Assembly (NCBI GenBank): GCA_047623825.1
Contig: JBLHOS010000002.1
Coordinates: 39,776-103,775 of the forward strand
DNA: 64,000 nt
Direction: 5' to 3'
Origin: Paracoccaceae bacterium
Lineage (GTDB): Bacteria; Pseudomonadota; Alphaproteobacteria; Rhodobacterales; Rhodobacteraceae
The position numbers were made by a program, and so were the translations under genes. The notes beneath the pieces were generated by a model. The model was not told where the DNA came from and searched no databases. It saw nothing but the letters and a program-made list of their open reading frames with translations. Below, one piece after another: positions 38,537 to 48,198 of the stretch (positions are counted from its first letter, which is position 1; the number at the start of each line of letters is the position of its first letter).

Positions 38537-39700
38537 ATGGCTGTCATTAATCGAATCGCGGGCTTCTCTGACGAGATGAAAGGGTGGCGGCGTCATATGC
38601 ACGCCAATCCTGAACTTGGGTTTGAATGCCACCAGACTGCAGCCTTTGTTGTTGCGCGTTTAAAAGAGTTTGGGATTACCGAGATCCATGAGGGCATCGC
38701 TAATTCGGGACTTGTCGCCATCATTGATGGACAGGGCGCTGGGCCGACCATCGGATTGCGTGCTGATATGGACGCATTGCCTATCCATGAGGCGACGGGC
38801 GTTGAATACACCTCAACCATTGAGGGCAAGATGCACGCGTGTGGGCATGATGGGCACACAACCATGTTGCTGGGTGCTGCGAAATATCTGGCCGAGACGC
38901 GGAATTTTGCAGGCCGGGTCGCGCTGATCTTTCAACCTGCCGAAGAAGGTGGCGGTGGCGCGCGGGTGATGTGCGAAGAGGGCATCATGGAGCGTTTTGA
39001 TATCGCGCAGGTTTACGGCATCCACAACGCGCCCGGGCTGAATGCCGGCAAGATCACAACAACACCGGGCCCGATCATGGCCGCGGTTGATACATTTCAT
39101 ATCTATGTCACTGGCGTTGGTGGCCACGGTGCGCTGCCGCATGAGACCAAGGACCCGGTCATCGCGACCGTCGGCATGGTGCAGGCCATTCAATCGATAG
39201 TATCCCGCAATCATAAGGCTACAGATGATCTGGTTGTTTCGGTCACGCAGATCCATACGGGCAGCGCTGACAATATTGTTCCGGCTGAGGCGTATATCTG
39301 CGGCACGGTCCGGACCTTTGATCCGGAGGTTCAGGCGATGGTTATGGACAGGATGGCTGGCATCGTGGCGGGGCAGGCGGCCAGCTATGATGTGCAGGCT
39401 AAGCTAGACTATCAGATCGGCTATCCCGCCACGATCAATGATCCAGAAAAGGCAGCGTTCGCAGTTTTGGTCGCACAGGGCGTTGTGGGCCCCGACATGG
39501 TTGATGGCGAAACGACGCGCGGTATGGGCGCCGAAGATTTCTCGTACATGCTAGAGCGCCGCCCGGGCGCATATGTGTATCTGGGGATGGGACAGGGCGC
39601 CCCATGGCACCACCCGGCGTTTGATTTCAATGATGAGGTTGCCCCTGTCGGGGCAAGCTTTTTTGCCCGTTTGGTTGAGACAGCACAGCCGATCGGCTAG
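38537..39700 (+). CDS. M20D-family amidohydrolase (hippurate hydrolase / N-acyl-amino acid amidohydrolase type)
   Basis: WRRHMHANPELGFECHQT, LRADMDALPI, HACGHDGH and FQPAEEGGGGA motifs. ATG 38537 with GGAG SD; the ORF-track start is 38420. Confidence 0.85.
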   Translation: MAVINRIAGFSDEMKGWRRHMHANPELGFECHQTAAFVVARLKEFGITEIHEGIANSGLVAIIDGQGAGPTIGLRADMDALPIHEATGVEYTSTIEGKMHACGHDGHTTMLLGAAKYLAETRNFAGRVALIFQPAEEGGGGARVMCEEGIMERFDIAQVYGIHNAPGLNAGKITTTPGPIMAAVDTFHIYVTGVGGHGALPHETKDPVIATVGMVQAIQSIVSRNHKATDDLVVSVTQIHTGSADNIVPAEAYICGTVRTFDPEVQAMVMDRMAGIVAGQAASYDVQAKLDYQIGYPATINDPEKAAFAVLVAQGVVGPDMVDGETTRGMGAEDFSYMLERRPGAYVYLGMGQGAPWHHPAFDFNDEVAPVGASFFARLVETAQPIG

Positions 39701-40191
39701 ATTGGATCCGCCCGCAGATAACCGCGCATGCCATAAAGCAAGGGGGATCCCGTCTCTGCGACGGCTACATCTTCAACCGCCCCGATGCAGATATGATGGG
39801 TCCCCATCAGCTCAGACGATACAATGCGACAATCAAATGATGCCTGCGCCCCGATCAATCCCGGGCTGCCGGTTTGCATCGGTATAAACTGCGCACAGTT
39901 GAACTTGTCGCCGCCCGGGGCGGGTACTCGGCGCGCGAACACGTCTGAGATTTCTTCTTGATCGCTGCTCAGGACGTTTATGCAAAAACAGCCATTTTCC
40001 AGTATAGCAGGTGCGGTCGCACTCGCGGCGTTGACGCAGACCAGCATACTGGGCCACTCACCATCGGCTGAGATTGAGGTCATGGCCGAAACTGTAACGC
40101 CATGACGCCCACCAGGGCCATCAGTGGTGACGACACAGACCGAGGCGGCCGTACGGCTCATCCCGTTCAGAAAACTTTCTTTGATCGTCAT
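39697..40191 (-). CDS. Flavin reductase-like domain protein
   Basis: FLNGMSRTAASVCVVTTDG..GRHGVTVSAMTSIS...LVCVN is typical of the HpaC/NtaB-like FMN-binding split barrel. ATG 40191 chosen; the ORF-track start is 40428. Confidence 0.75.
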   Translation of the reverse strand: MTIKESFLNGMSRTAASVCVVTTDGPGGRHGVTVSAMTSISADGEWPSMLVCVNAASATAPAILENGCFCINVLSSDQEEISDVFARRVPAPGGDKFNCAQFIPMQTGSPGLIGAQASFDCRIVSSELMGTHHICIGAVEDVAVAETGSPLLYGMRGYLRADPI

Positions 40192-40333
40192 TACTAGGCC
40201 ATCCGGTTCATCGTATTCTTTCGGGGTGGTATGCCTTGCGGTTTGGTCCGGTGCAAGCCGCGTGGGCGTGATCTGTGCCCTTGTCATTCGGCGCGTGTAT
40301 CGGCAGCATAGTTTTGAACAACCGGAGCGTGAC

Positions 40334-41308
40334 ATGGCCCTGAACAACGCCAAAAAAGAAGTAGATGCGGCGATCACTCGGGAGACGCTGAAAGGTCTTT
40401 CTTTTGAAAATGCATTCGGCGGCGCCACGAGTTTTATGCGCCGGCGCTACACCAAGGATCTGACCGGGGTCGATATTGCCGTTACCGGCGTTCCGTTTGA
40501 TCAGGCCGTCACCAATCGCCCCGGAACACGTCTGGGCCCACGCGCGATCCGTGATGCATCCAGCTTGCAAACCTATGACCCGCCATATGGCTGGGCCGGG
40601 CTAAACCCGCTTGGTGATTTTGCAATCGTTGACTACGGCGATCTGGCGTTTGACTATGCCCAAACCTCTGCGTTTCCGGATGCATTGACCGATCATATCA
40701 AGCAGATTTTGGACGCCAATGTTGCGTCAATCGTGCTTGGTGGCGATCACTATATCAGCTTTCCGATCCTGCGGGCGTATGCCGAAAAATATGGCCCCCT
40801 TAGCCTGATCCAATTTGATGCCCACCCTGATACTTGGCCTGATGATGACATGACCCGGATCGACCATGGAACCATGTTTTACAAGGCGGTAAAGATGGGG
40901 TTGATCGATCCTGCACGCTCTGTCCAAGTTGGAATTAGAACAGTCGTCGCAGATAATCTGGGCGTGAATATCATTGATGCACGAGCGGTGCATGAACAGG
41001 GGCCTGCGGCAGTGGCCGCCCAGATCAAGGACATCGTCGGCGATAATCCCACCTATGTGACGTTTGATATTGATTGTCTGGACCCTGCCTTTGCTCCTGG
41101 CACCGGCACGCCGGTTTGGGGCGGTCTCAGCTCTGCTCAGGCAGCCATTTTGCTGCGTGATATCGCGGGCATTAACATTGTCGGCGGTGATGTGGTTGAG
41201 GTGTCGCCGCCCTATGACACCAGCGGTGCGACTGCGGTTGCGGGTGCGCATGTCGCGATGGAACTGATCTGTCTGTGGTGTTGGAACCGGCGGGAGGGGC
41301 TTGTTTGA
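40334..41308 (+). CDS. Ureohydrolase (agmatinase / guanidino-acid hydrolase family), paralog 1
   Basis: Arginase-fold motifs GGDHYISFP, QFDAHPDTW, FDIDCLDPAFAPGTGTP and GGDVVEVSPPYD. GGAG SD before ATG 40334. Confidence 0.85.
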   Translation: MALNNAKKEVDAAITRETLKGLSFENAFGGATSFMRRRYTKDLTGVDIAVTGVPFDQAVTNRPGTRLGPRAIRDASSLQTYDPPYGWAGLNPLGDFAIVDYGDLAFDYAQTSAFPDALTDHIKQILDANVASIVLGGDHYISFPILRAYAEKYGPLSLIQFDAHPDTWPDDDMTRIDHGTMFYKAVKMGLIDPARSVQVGIRTVVADNLGVNIIDARAVHEQGPAAVAAQIKDIVGDNPTYVTFDIDCLDPAFAPGTGTPVWGGLSSAQAAILLRDIAGINIVGGDVVEVSPPYDTSGATAVAGAHVAMELICLWCWNRREGLV

Positions 41309-42249
41309 CGCGCTTCAACCAACCGCTTTCAGGCAATGAGATGCCCCGGTTCGCCGGCCCAAATTCGTTCATGCGGCTGCCAAGTGTTGATCGGCCTGAC
41401 GGTCTTGATGTTGCGGTGATCGGGGTTCCAATGGATATCGGCACCTCATGGCGGTCTGGAACGCGATTTGGGCCCAAGGCGATCCGGGCCGAATCCGCCA
41501 TGTTGCGCCCCTATAATATGGGCACAGGTGCCGCCCCTTTTGAGGCTCTGCAAGTCGCCGATCTGGGTGATGTTGCGATCAACACTTTTGATTTAAAGGA
41601 CAGTATTCGCCGGATTGAGGCGTTCTATGACACGCTTGGCCAGACCAAGCCTTTGACTTTGGGGGGCGATCACACCCTCACGCTGCCGATCCTGCGCAGT
41701 CTGGCCAAGCGCCATGGCCCGGTCGGCCTGATCCATATCGACGCCCATGCAGATATCAACGATCACATGTTCGGCGAACAGATCGCCCATGGCACCCCGT
41801 TTCGGCGCGCCTATGAGGAGGGGCTGATTGTGGCTGACCGCACATGGCAAATTGGGCTGCGTGGTACCGGCTACGGCGCTGATGATTTTCAAATCGCGCG
41901 CGATTGGGGCTTTCACGTGCGCCCTGTTGAGGGGCTGTGGCACCGCTCACTGGCGCCACTGTCTATTGAAATTAACAAACAGATGGGTCAAGGCCCGGTT
42001 TATATCACCTACGATATCGACAGCCTTGATCCGGCCTATGCGCCGGGCACCGGCACACCAGAGATTGCGGGCCTCACGCCACCGCAAGCGCTTGAATTGA
42101 TCCGCGGACTAAGTGGTTTGGACATCATCGGGGCGGACGTGGTTGAAGTGTCACCGCCCTATGATACGTCTGGCAACACCGCCCTATTGGGAGCGAACAT
42201 CGCCTATGAGCTTTTGTGCCTATTCCAATCATCGGGGCAAGCTGTCTAA
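41305..42249 (+). CDS. Ureohydrolase (agmatinase / guanidino-acid hydrolase family), paralog 2
   Basis: Motifs GGDHTLTLP, HIDAHADIND, YDIDSLDPAYAPGTGTPE and GADVVEVSPPYD. The likely start is TTG 41305, with GGGAGGGG 5 nt upstream and overlapping the paralog-1 stop (TTGA). The alternative is GTG 41275. Confidence 0.85.
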   Translation: MTRFNQPLSGNEMPRFAGPNSFMRLPSVDRPDGLDVAVIGVPMDIGTSWRSGTRFGPKAIRAESAMLRPYNMGTGAAPFEALQVADLGDVAINTFDLKDSIRRIEAFYDTLGQTKPLTLGGDHTLTLPILRSLAKRHGPVGLIHIDAHADINDHMFGEQIAHGTPFRRAYEEGLIVADRTWQIGLRGTGYGADDFQIARDWGFHVRPVEGLWHRSLAPLSIEINKQMGQGPVYITYDIDSLDPAYAPGTGTPEIAGLTPPQALELIRGLSGLDIIGADVVEVSPPYDTSGNTALLGANIAYELLCLFQSSGQAV

Positions 42250-42312
42250 GCTGTTTGGTTCGAATCAAACACTCCGCGTAAGTCGACTTTAATTCAGCTG
42301 AGCAAAGACATC

Positions 42313-43224
42313 ATGGCTCCAACAGAAAAACAGATTGCGCGCGATCTCAGTTACGCAACCTCAGCGCAGTCGCGCGGTGGTCGAGCCTTGATCCGTGCCC
42401 TTGAGAACGCCACTGGGCGTCTGGGACTGATAAAAAAAGCAAAGGGTTATGGAGATGATGTTCGTCATGGCCTCGATTTTTGGGAGGTCATGGTCAAACG
42501 TTATGGTTTGGGTTTGGAGGTTGTTGGCGGCAGTCTGGACAATATACCCAAAACCGGCCCGCTCTTGATTATTGCCAACCATCCCTACGGGATCCTGGAT
42601 GGCCTGATGTTGGGTCATATCCTAAGTGAGGCGCGTGGTGATTTTCGCATTCTGGCGAATCAGGTTTTCAAGCGCGCGGAAGATCTGAACCGGATCATTC
42701 TACCAGTCTCTTTTGAGGACACCAAAGAGGCGATGCGCCTGAATATCGACACCCGCAAGGCAGCACTTCGATATCTGTCAGACGGCGGCGCCATCGGCAT
42801 TTTTCCCGGTGGGACCGTTTCAACCGCAAGCAAGCCTTTTGGTCAACCAATGGATCCCAACTGGCGCGGATTTACGGCTCGGATGATCGCAAAATCTGAT
42901 GCTGTCGTGGTGCCAATCTTCTTTGACGGCCATAACTCCCGGCTGTTTCAATTGGCCAGCCATCTGCACACCACATTGCGCATGGGGTTGTTGATCAAGG
43001 AATTTCGCGCCCGGGTCGACACGCGCGTCCGTGTTGTCATTGGTGAGCCCATTGCACGGGCTGATCTGGTGCCTTACGAAAAAGACAGTAGCGCTATGAT
43101 GGATTTCCTGCGCGAAGCGACATATGCACTATCGCCAAAGCCGATCGATCCACGCGTGATCGGCTTTGAATTTGACGAAAAGCGTCGGGAAAGGCAGGGG
43201 GCGAATGGCCGTCGGGATCTTTGA
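42313..43224 (+). CDS. Lysophospholipid acyltransferase family protein
   Basis: 303 aa with the acyltransferase histidine box [14 protein letters not shown] and FPGGTVS. Confidence 0.65.
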   Translation: MAPTEKQIARDLSYATSAQSRGGRALIRALENATGRLGLIKKAKGYGDDVRHGLDFWEVMVKRYGLGLEVVGGSLDNIPKTGPLLIIANHPYGILDGLMLGHILSEARGDFRILANQVFKRAEDLNRIILPVSFEDTKEAMRLNIDTRKAALRYLSDGGAIGIFPGGTVSTASKPFGQPMDPNWRGFTARMIAKSDAVVVPIFFDGHNSRLFQLASHLHTTLRMGLLIKEFRARVDTRVRVVIGEPIARADLVPYEKDSSAMMDFLREATYALSPKPIDPRVIGFEFDEKRRERQGANGRRDL

Positions 43225-44017
43225 TAGCGGACTAGGTGGGTTAACTGTGCTGGATGCTGCCTCCAAGCGTCTGCCAGATGTGCCGTTTGTGTATTACGGC
43301 GACAACGCTCACACGCCTTATGGGGTGCGCGATGCCGAGGATATTTTCACCCTGACAACTACCGGTGTGCAGCGTCTGTTTGATGAGGGGTGCGATCTGG
43401 TCATTCTAGCGTGCAACACCGCGTCTGCGGCCGCGTTGCGGCGTATGCAAGAGGCGTGGGTACCCGAAGGCAAGCGTGTTCTGGGCGTTTTCGTACCGCT
43501 GATTGAGGCCCTGACTGAGCGGCACTGGGGGGACAATTCCCCACCGCGTGAAGTTGCAATCAAACATGTGGCCCTGTTTGCCACGCCGACAACGGTTTCA
43601 TCGCGCGCGTTTCAGCGCGAGCTGGCGTTCCGTGCAATCGGTGTCGATGTCGAGGCGCAACCTTGCGGCGGTGTGGTCGATGCGATTGAAGCTGGTGATC
43701 TGATGCTGGCTGAGGCGTTGGTCAGGTCCCATGTTGAGGCATTGCTACGGCGCATGCCCAAGCCTGAGGCCGCGATCCTTGGTTGCACGCATTACCCGTT
43801 GATGCAGGAGATTTTCCAAGATGCTTTGGGGCCAAACGTGGCAGTCTACTCGCAGGCCAACCTTGTTGCCGAAAGCTTGGCTGACTATTTGACCCGGCAC
43901 CCGGACAAACAAGGTAGCGGCCAACAGGCTGCATTCCTGACCACTGGTGAGCCTAAGTCGGTTGGCAACAAGGCAACGCAATTCCTGCGACAAAAGATCG
44001 ATTTCACTGCCGCCTAA
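43205..44017 (+). CDS. murI: Glutamate racemase
   Basis: [25 protein letters not shown] and LGCTHYPL motifs. The start overlaps the upstream gene by 20 nt. Confidence 0.9.
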   Translation: MAVGIFDSGLGGLTVLDAASKRLPDVPFVYYGDNAHTPYGVRDAEDIFTLTTTGVQRLFDEGCDLVILACNTASAAALRRMQEAWVPEGKRVLGVFVPLIEALTERHWGDNSPPREVAIKHVALFATPTTVSSRAFQRELAFRAIGVDVEAQPCGGVVDAIEAGDLMLAEALVRSHVEALLRRMPKPEAAILGCTHYPLMQEIFQDALGPNVAVYSQANLVAESLADYLTRHPDKQGSGQQAAFLTTGEPKSVGNKATQFLRQKIDFTAA

Positions 44018-44058
44018 AACGGCGTTTTTTCAAAGCCTTCTGATGCGGAGTTAATGTA

Positions 44059-45087
44059 GTGTCTAAATCTATCGCCATACTTGGCGCCTCTGGGTACACC
44101 GGGGCCGAACTGGTCCGGTTGATTTCCACCCATCCTGAAATGACCATCAAAGCGTTAAGCGCTGACCGCAAGGCTGGACTTAGCATGGCCGAGGTGTTCC
44201 CGCATCTGCGCCATCTGGATCTGCCGAAGTTACAAAAGATCGAAGATCTGGATCTGTCTGAGATCGATCTGGTATTTTGTGCGTTGCCACATGCCACCTC
44301 ACAATTGGTGATTAAGGCCCTACGGCGTGATCTGAAGATTGTGGATCTAAGTGCTGATTTCCGGCTGCGGGATCTGGCGGCCTATGAAAAATGGTACGGC
44401 AAGCCGCATTCCGCCCCCGAGATGCAGAGCGAGGCGGTTTATGGCCTGACTGAGTTCTACCGCGACGATATTGCCAAGGCTCGGCTAGTCGCAGGCACGG
44501 GCTGCAATGCGGCAACCGGCCAATATGCTTTGCGGCCACTAATCTCGGCCGGGGTGATCAATCTTGATGAGATCATCATCAACTTGATCACGGGTGTGTC
44601 CGGCGCTGGCCGGGCCCTAAAGGAAAACCTGCTGCATTCCGAATTGTCAGAAGGTGCCAACGCTTATGCATTGGGCAGTACGCACCGGCATCTGGGGGAG
44701 TTTGATCAAGAGTTTTCCTTGTTGGCTGGGCGCCCCGTCACTGTTCAGTTCACGCCGCATCTGGCGCCGATGAACCGTGGGATACTGGCCACCGTCTATG
44801 TCAGGGGGGATGCCCAAGTGATTTATGACACCTTGGCGCGGGATTATGCGGCTGAACCGTTTGTCGAGATGCTGCCTTTTGGCACAGCCCCCTCGACACA
44901 TGAGGTGCGCGGCTCCAATTATGTGCATGTGGGCGTCGCCCCCGACAGGCAAAATGGGCGTGCGCAGGTGTTTGTGGCATTGGACAATCTGACCAAAGGA
45001 TCGTCTGGCCAAGCCCTGCAAAACGCCAACTTAATGTTGGGACTACCAGAGACGATGGGGCTGATGATGGCCCCCTTGTTCCCCTAA
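44059..45087 (+). CDS. argC: N-acetyl-gamma-glutamyl-phosphate reductase
   Basis: [17 protein letters not shown], active-site GCNATG region (GTGCNAATG) and [18 protein letters not shown] start with GGAG SD. Confidence 0.9.
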   Translation: MSKSIAILGASGYTGAELVRLISTHPEMTIKALSADRKAGLSMAEVFPHLRHLDLPKLQKIEDLDLSEIDLVFCALPHATSQLVIKALRRDLKIVDLSADFRLRDLAAYEKWYGKPHSAPEMQSEAVYGLTEFYRDDIAKARLVAGTGCNAATGQYALRPLISAGVINLDEIIINLITGVSGAGRALKENLLHSELSEGANAYALGSTHRHLGEFDQEFSLLAGRPVTVQFTPHLAPMNRGILATVYVRGDAQVIYDTLARDYAAEPFVEMLPFGTAPSTHEVRGSNYVHVGVAPDRQNGRAQVFVALDNLTKGSSGQALQNANLMLGLPETMGLMMAPLFP

Positions 45088-45099
45088 GGAAGAGACCCG

Positions 45100-45546
45100 A
45101 TGCACGGTTTGAAGAAAAAACGCCGGATCCAGATTGTGGCAATGGCGGTTGTGGCCCTGGCCCTGTCGACTGCATTGATCGGCTATTCCTTGCGCGACGG
45201 AATTAACTTTTTTCGCCCGCCAAGTGAGGTCGTCAGCAACCCACCACCCCCCTATGAGGTTTTTCGGATTGGCGGATTGGTGGAGGAGGGCACGTTGGTG
45301 CGCGGACAGGGGGAAACCATCACCTTTCGTGTGACCGACGGGGGGGCCTCGGTTGATGTTGCGTTCACCGGCGTGCTGCCGGATCTGTTTGGCGAAGGCG
45401 AAGGAATGGTTGGCACTGGACGCTATATCGACGGTGTTTTTGAAGCGACTGATATTTTGGCACGGCATGATGAAAAATACATGCCTGCTGAGGTGATTGA
45501 GGCCCTGCAGGCGCAAGGTGTATACCGCGAGCCAGACGAAAGCTGA
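45100..45546 (+). CDS. ccmE: Cytochrome c-type biogenesis heme chaperone CcmE
   Basis: 148 aa with an N-terminal membrane anchor, RIGGLVEEG, and the heme-binding LARHDEKYMPAEV motif. Confidence 0.9.
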   Translation: MHGLKKKRRIQIVAMAVVALALSTALIGYSLRDGINFFRPPSEVVSNPPPPYEVFRIGGLVEEGTLVRGQGETITFRVTDGGASVDVAFTGVLPDLFGEGEGMVGTGRYIDGVFEATDILARHDEKYMPAEVIEALQAQGVYREPDES

Positions 45547-45691
45547 TATCACTGTTTGGCTGCCAAATTTGTTGGTTTTCTTTGTGGCGTGCCAATGGAT
45601 ATTTCGGAAAAAACGGCGCCATTAGGGTTTTATTAATCCTAATCTGCTTATGTTTGAGAAATCTTGAACTTTGAGCATGGAGGCGTGAACC

Positions 45692-46303
45692 ATGCAGTCG
45701 GTTCGTGATATTGCATCTGACATTGTGGCCCGTGAGGGCGGATATGTGAACGATCCTGATGATCCGGGTGGGGCCACTAACTATGGTGTAACCATCGGCA
45801 CGATGCGTCGACTTGGCCTTGATTTGACTGGAGATGGCGTAGTTTCAGCCCAAGACGTAGCGCGGCTGACCCGGACCCAAGCGGTTGAGATCTTTGTTGA
45901 GCATTACTTCGTCACACCCCGGTTAGAGGCGCTGCCCCAGGAGCTGCAACCATCAGTCTTTGATATGTACGTCAACGCAGGCTCAAACGCGGTGCGGCTG
46001 TTGCAACGATTGTTGCGAGATATGGGTCTGGAAATCAGCGTGGACGGCGTTATTGGGCCACAAACGATCCGTGCAGCACACGCAGCCGTGGCGCGCGCGC
46101 CACAACACCTGACCGACGCCTACGGGATCGCCCGGCGCAATTACTATTACCGTCTGGCTGATAACAGGGCTGCATCGCGCAAATATGCATGCCGGCGCGA
46201 CGGCGGAAAGGGTGGATGGATCCTGCGGGCTGAGGCCTTCATGTCGCCCAGATACCATCTAAGTGCAGCTGAACATCTTGAAAGGACATCGTCATGGGTT
46301 TGA
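45692..46303 (+). CDS. Glycoside hydrolase family 108 N-acetylmuramidase with C-terminal peptidoglycan-binding (PG_binding_3) domain; endolysin type
   Basis: REGGYVNDPDDPGGATNYGVT is the GH108 catalytic signature, and DGVIGPQTIRA marks the PG-binding part. Confidence 0.8.
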   Translation: MQSVRDIASDIVAREGGYVNDPDDPGGATNYGVTIGTMRRLGLDLTGDGVVSAQDVARLTRTQAVEIFVEHYFVTPRLEALPQELQPSVFDMYVNAGSNAVRLLQRLLRDMGLEISVDGVIGPQTIRAAHAAVARAPQHLTDAYGIARRNYYYRLADNRAASRKYACRRDGGKGGWILRAEAFMSPRYHLSAAEHLERTSSWV

Positions 46304-46800
46304 TTTCCAGAGCACTGGGGGGCGCTGAGGCAACTCGGGCCTTGGGCAACGCCGCACAGGGCGTGGCAGAAGTTTTCACTGAGAATGCAACACGCCGGTT
46401 GGAGCTGTCGGCAGAGGCGCACCGGGCTGCACTTGAAGCCAATAGTGAAGAGTTTCAGTACGCAAGGTCAGGGTATTTCGACAGGTTTGTCAATGGTTTG
46501 AACCGGCTTCCTCGTCCTATGTTGGCACTTGGGACATTGGGGCTATTTATCTATGCGATGATCGATCCAACTGCATTTTCAGAGCGGATGCAGGGGCTGG
46601 CATATGTACCTGATCCTTTGTGGTGGTTGTTGGGCGCGATCGTTAGCTTTTATTTTGGAGCCCGGGAATTGCACTATTTTCGCACACCCGATGCACCGGC
46701 GATGCAGCAATCTGAAACCCAACCTGTCGCGGTGGCAGAACCAAATGCTGCGTTGTCGGCGTGGCGCAATCAAGACCGTCCTTGGGCCGACGAGGATTGA
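46294..46800 (+). CDS. Holin of the 3-TM 'gene-transfer-agent release' family (DUF3154-like)
   Basis: 168 aa. FDRFVNGLNRLPRPMLALGTLGLFIYAMIDP...PLWWLLGAIVSFYFGAREL matches my recollection of the Pfam family 'Holin of 3TMs, for gene-transfer release'. It overlaps the muramidase gene by 10 nt. Confidence 0.6.
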   Translation: MGLISRALGGAEATRALGNAAQGVAEVFTENATRRLELSAEAHRAALEANSEEFQYARSGYFDRFVNGLNRLPRPMLALGTLGLFIYAMIDPTAFSERMQGLAYVPDPLWWLLGAIVSFYFGARELHYFRTPDAPAMQQSETQPVAVAEPNAALSAWRNQDRPWADED

Positions 46801-46815
46801 CAACAACCGGGCCGC

Positions 46816-48198
46816 CTAGATCCCTAGATCGGCGCGCCCGGCATCGCCAATATCCCACCAAATCCCGGCCATGAGGCCTAATGCCTCCCGAAACAGGGCT
46901 GCTGGAACATGCTCATTTGGGGCGTGCTGCGAACACCCGGGATAGGAATGGGGCACCCAAACCGCTGGCAGGCCCAACAGATCAGTAAAGATATCATTCG
47001 GCAGTGATCCGCCAAGCGACGGCAGGATGGTCGGGCGCGCCCCAAATGTATCGGTGATTGAACCCGCGATAAATTGAGCAAAGGGATGACCGATCGGAGT
47101 TTGAGACGCGGCAAACGCAGTCTCAGAAGGGGTTAGCGTCACATGGGCAAAGCCGTGTGTATCCAGATGTTGGCGAAGCGCCGGCAGGATTTGATCAGGA
47201 TCGACGCCCACGACATACCGCAATTGCAGATGCGCCCAAGCCTCAGGCGGGATCGCGTTCATCGGTTGATGCGGATCCCCACAGCTAAAGGCTAGAACTT
47301 CCGCCGAGGACCAAGCATGCACACGCTCCGCAGGGGTCAGACCCGGCGCGCCCCATCCCGGATCGATCTCACCGCCTGCGGGGATGACATTCTCCAACGC
47401 GGCGCGCGTGGCCGCAGGGATGTTAGGCGGGGCCCAGGCCGCAATTTTCAGATGACCGTTTGCATCCACAATACTGGCAATTGCGTTGGCCAGCTCCGTT
47501 CCGGGATTGGCCAATAATCCACCAAAATTGCCCGAATGGCGTCCGCCTTCACGGCGCTTTATCCGTAACTCAACACCGTAACCGCCGCGCGCGCCCAAAA
47601 ATACGGTCGGTTGTTTGGCCGATTGCCGTGGTCCGTCTGATGCCAAAAACAGATCTGCCTTGAATTGATCTTTGCGATCTGCACAAAGCGTCCGCAGACC
47701 GGGTGAGCCGACTTCCTCGCCCATCTCGATGATCACAATCAGATTATATCCAAGCCGTCCATCGCGCGCATCAAGGACGCCAGACAGCGCCATCAGGTTG
47801 ACCAAATGTTGGCCTTTGTTGTCTACAATCCCGCGTCCATACCATAATGGGCCAGCCTCGCTTAGGGCAAATGGATCGCGGTCATTGGTCCATTCGCCAG
47901 TCATTCCCAGAACTGTATCGCCATGCCCATAACTTAGGATTGTTGGCAGGTCCGCATCTTGGTGCCGCGTCGCGATCAAAAAGGGCAGGCCGGTCACCGC
48001 ATCCCTGACGGTTTCAGTTTCAAACCCAAGCGCACCGTAGAGCGGCGCTATGGTGTCAATATACTGCCCCAATCCGGGGGCTGCATTGGGGCGCTGACTT
48101 TCACTGGGCACCGCGATCAGATCTGCCAAATGGGCCTGAAAGGTACCGGTGTCAAACTGGGCATAGGCCGCATCGATTGCTTGTTGCCGAAGGTTCAT
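46816..48198 (-). CDS. M20/M25/M40 family metallopeptidase (dipeptidase type)
   Basis: SYGHGDTV, GRGIVDNKGQ and IIEMGEEVGSPGL motifs. ATG 48198 chosen; the ORF-track start is 48315. Confidence 0.8.
   Translation of the reverse strand: MNLRQQAIDAAYAQFDTGTFQAHLADLIAVPSESQRPNAAPGLGQYIDTIAPLYGALGFETETVRDAVTGLPFLIATRHQDADLPTILSYGHGDTVLGMTGEWTNDRDPFALSEAGPLWYGRGIVDNKGQHLVNLMALSGVLDARDGRLGYNLIVIIEMGEEVGSPGLRTLCADRKDQFKADLFLASDGPRQSAKQPTVFLGARGGYGVELRIKRREGGRHSGNFGGLLANPGTELANAIASIVDANGHLKIAAWAPPNIPAATRAALENVIPAGGEIDPGWGAPGLTPAERVHAWSSAEVLAFSCGDPHQPMNAIPPEAWAHLQLRYVVGVDPDQILPALRQHLDTHGFAHVTLTPSETAFAASQTPIGHPFAQFIAGSITDTFGARPTILPSLGGSLPNDIFTDLLGLPAVWVPHSYPGCSQHAPNEHVPAALFREALGLMAGIWWDIGDAGRADLGI

Noticed and set aside
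40192-40333. Guanidine-I (ykkC) riboswitch upstream of the ureohydrolase pair, suggested by CTAGG...GGTCCG spaced about 50 nt apart
   Set aside because: The 3' half of the motif (ACGR, GGGA, CCCGGGAGA) is absent and GGTCCG is not followed by AGAG. The CTAGG lies on the Shine-Dalgarno and start region of the divergent flavin reductase gene. An Infernal scan with RF00442 would settle it.
45547-45691. CtrA box upstream of the endolysin gene
   Set aside because: Only degenerate TTAT-TAATCCT-AATC-like sequence is present, with no TTAA-N7-TTAA. Regulation is left open rather than asserted.
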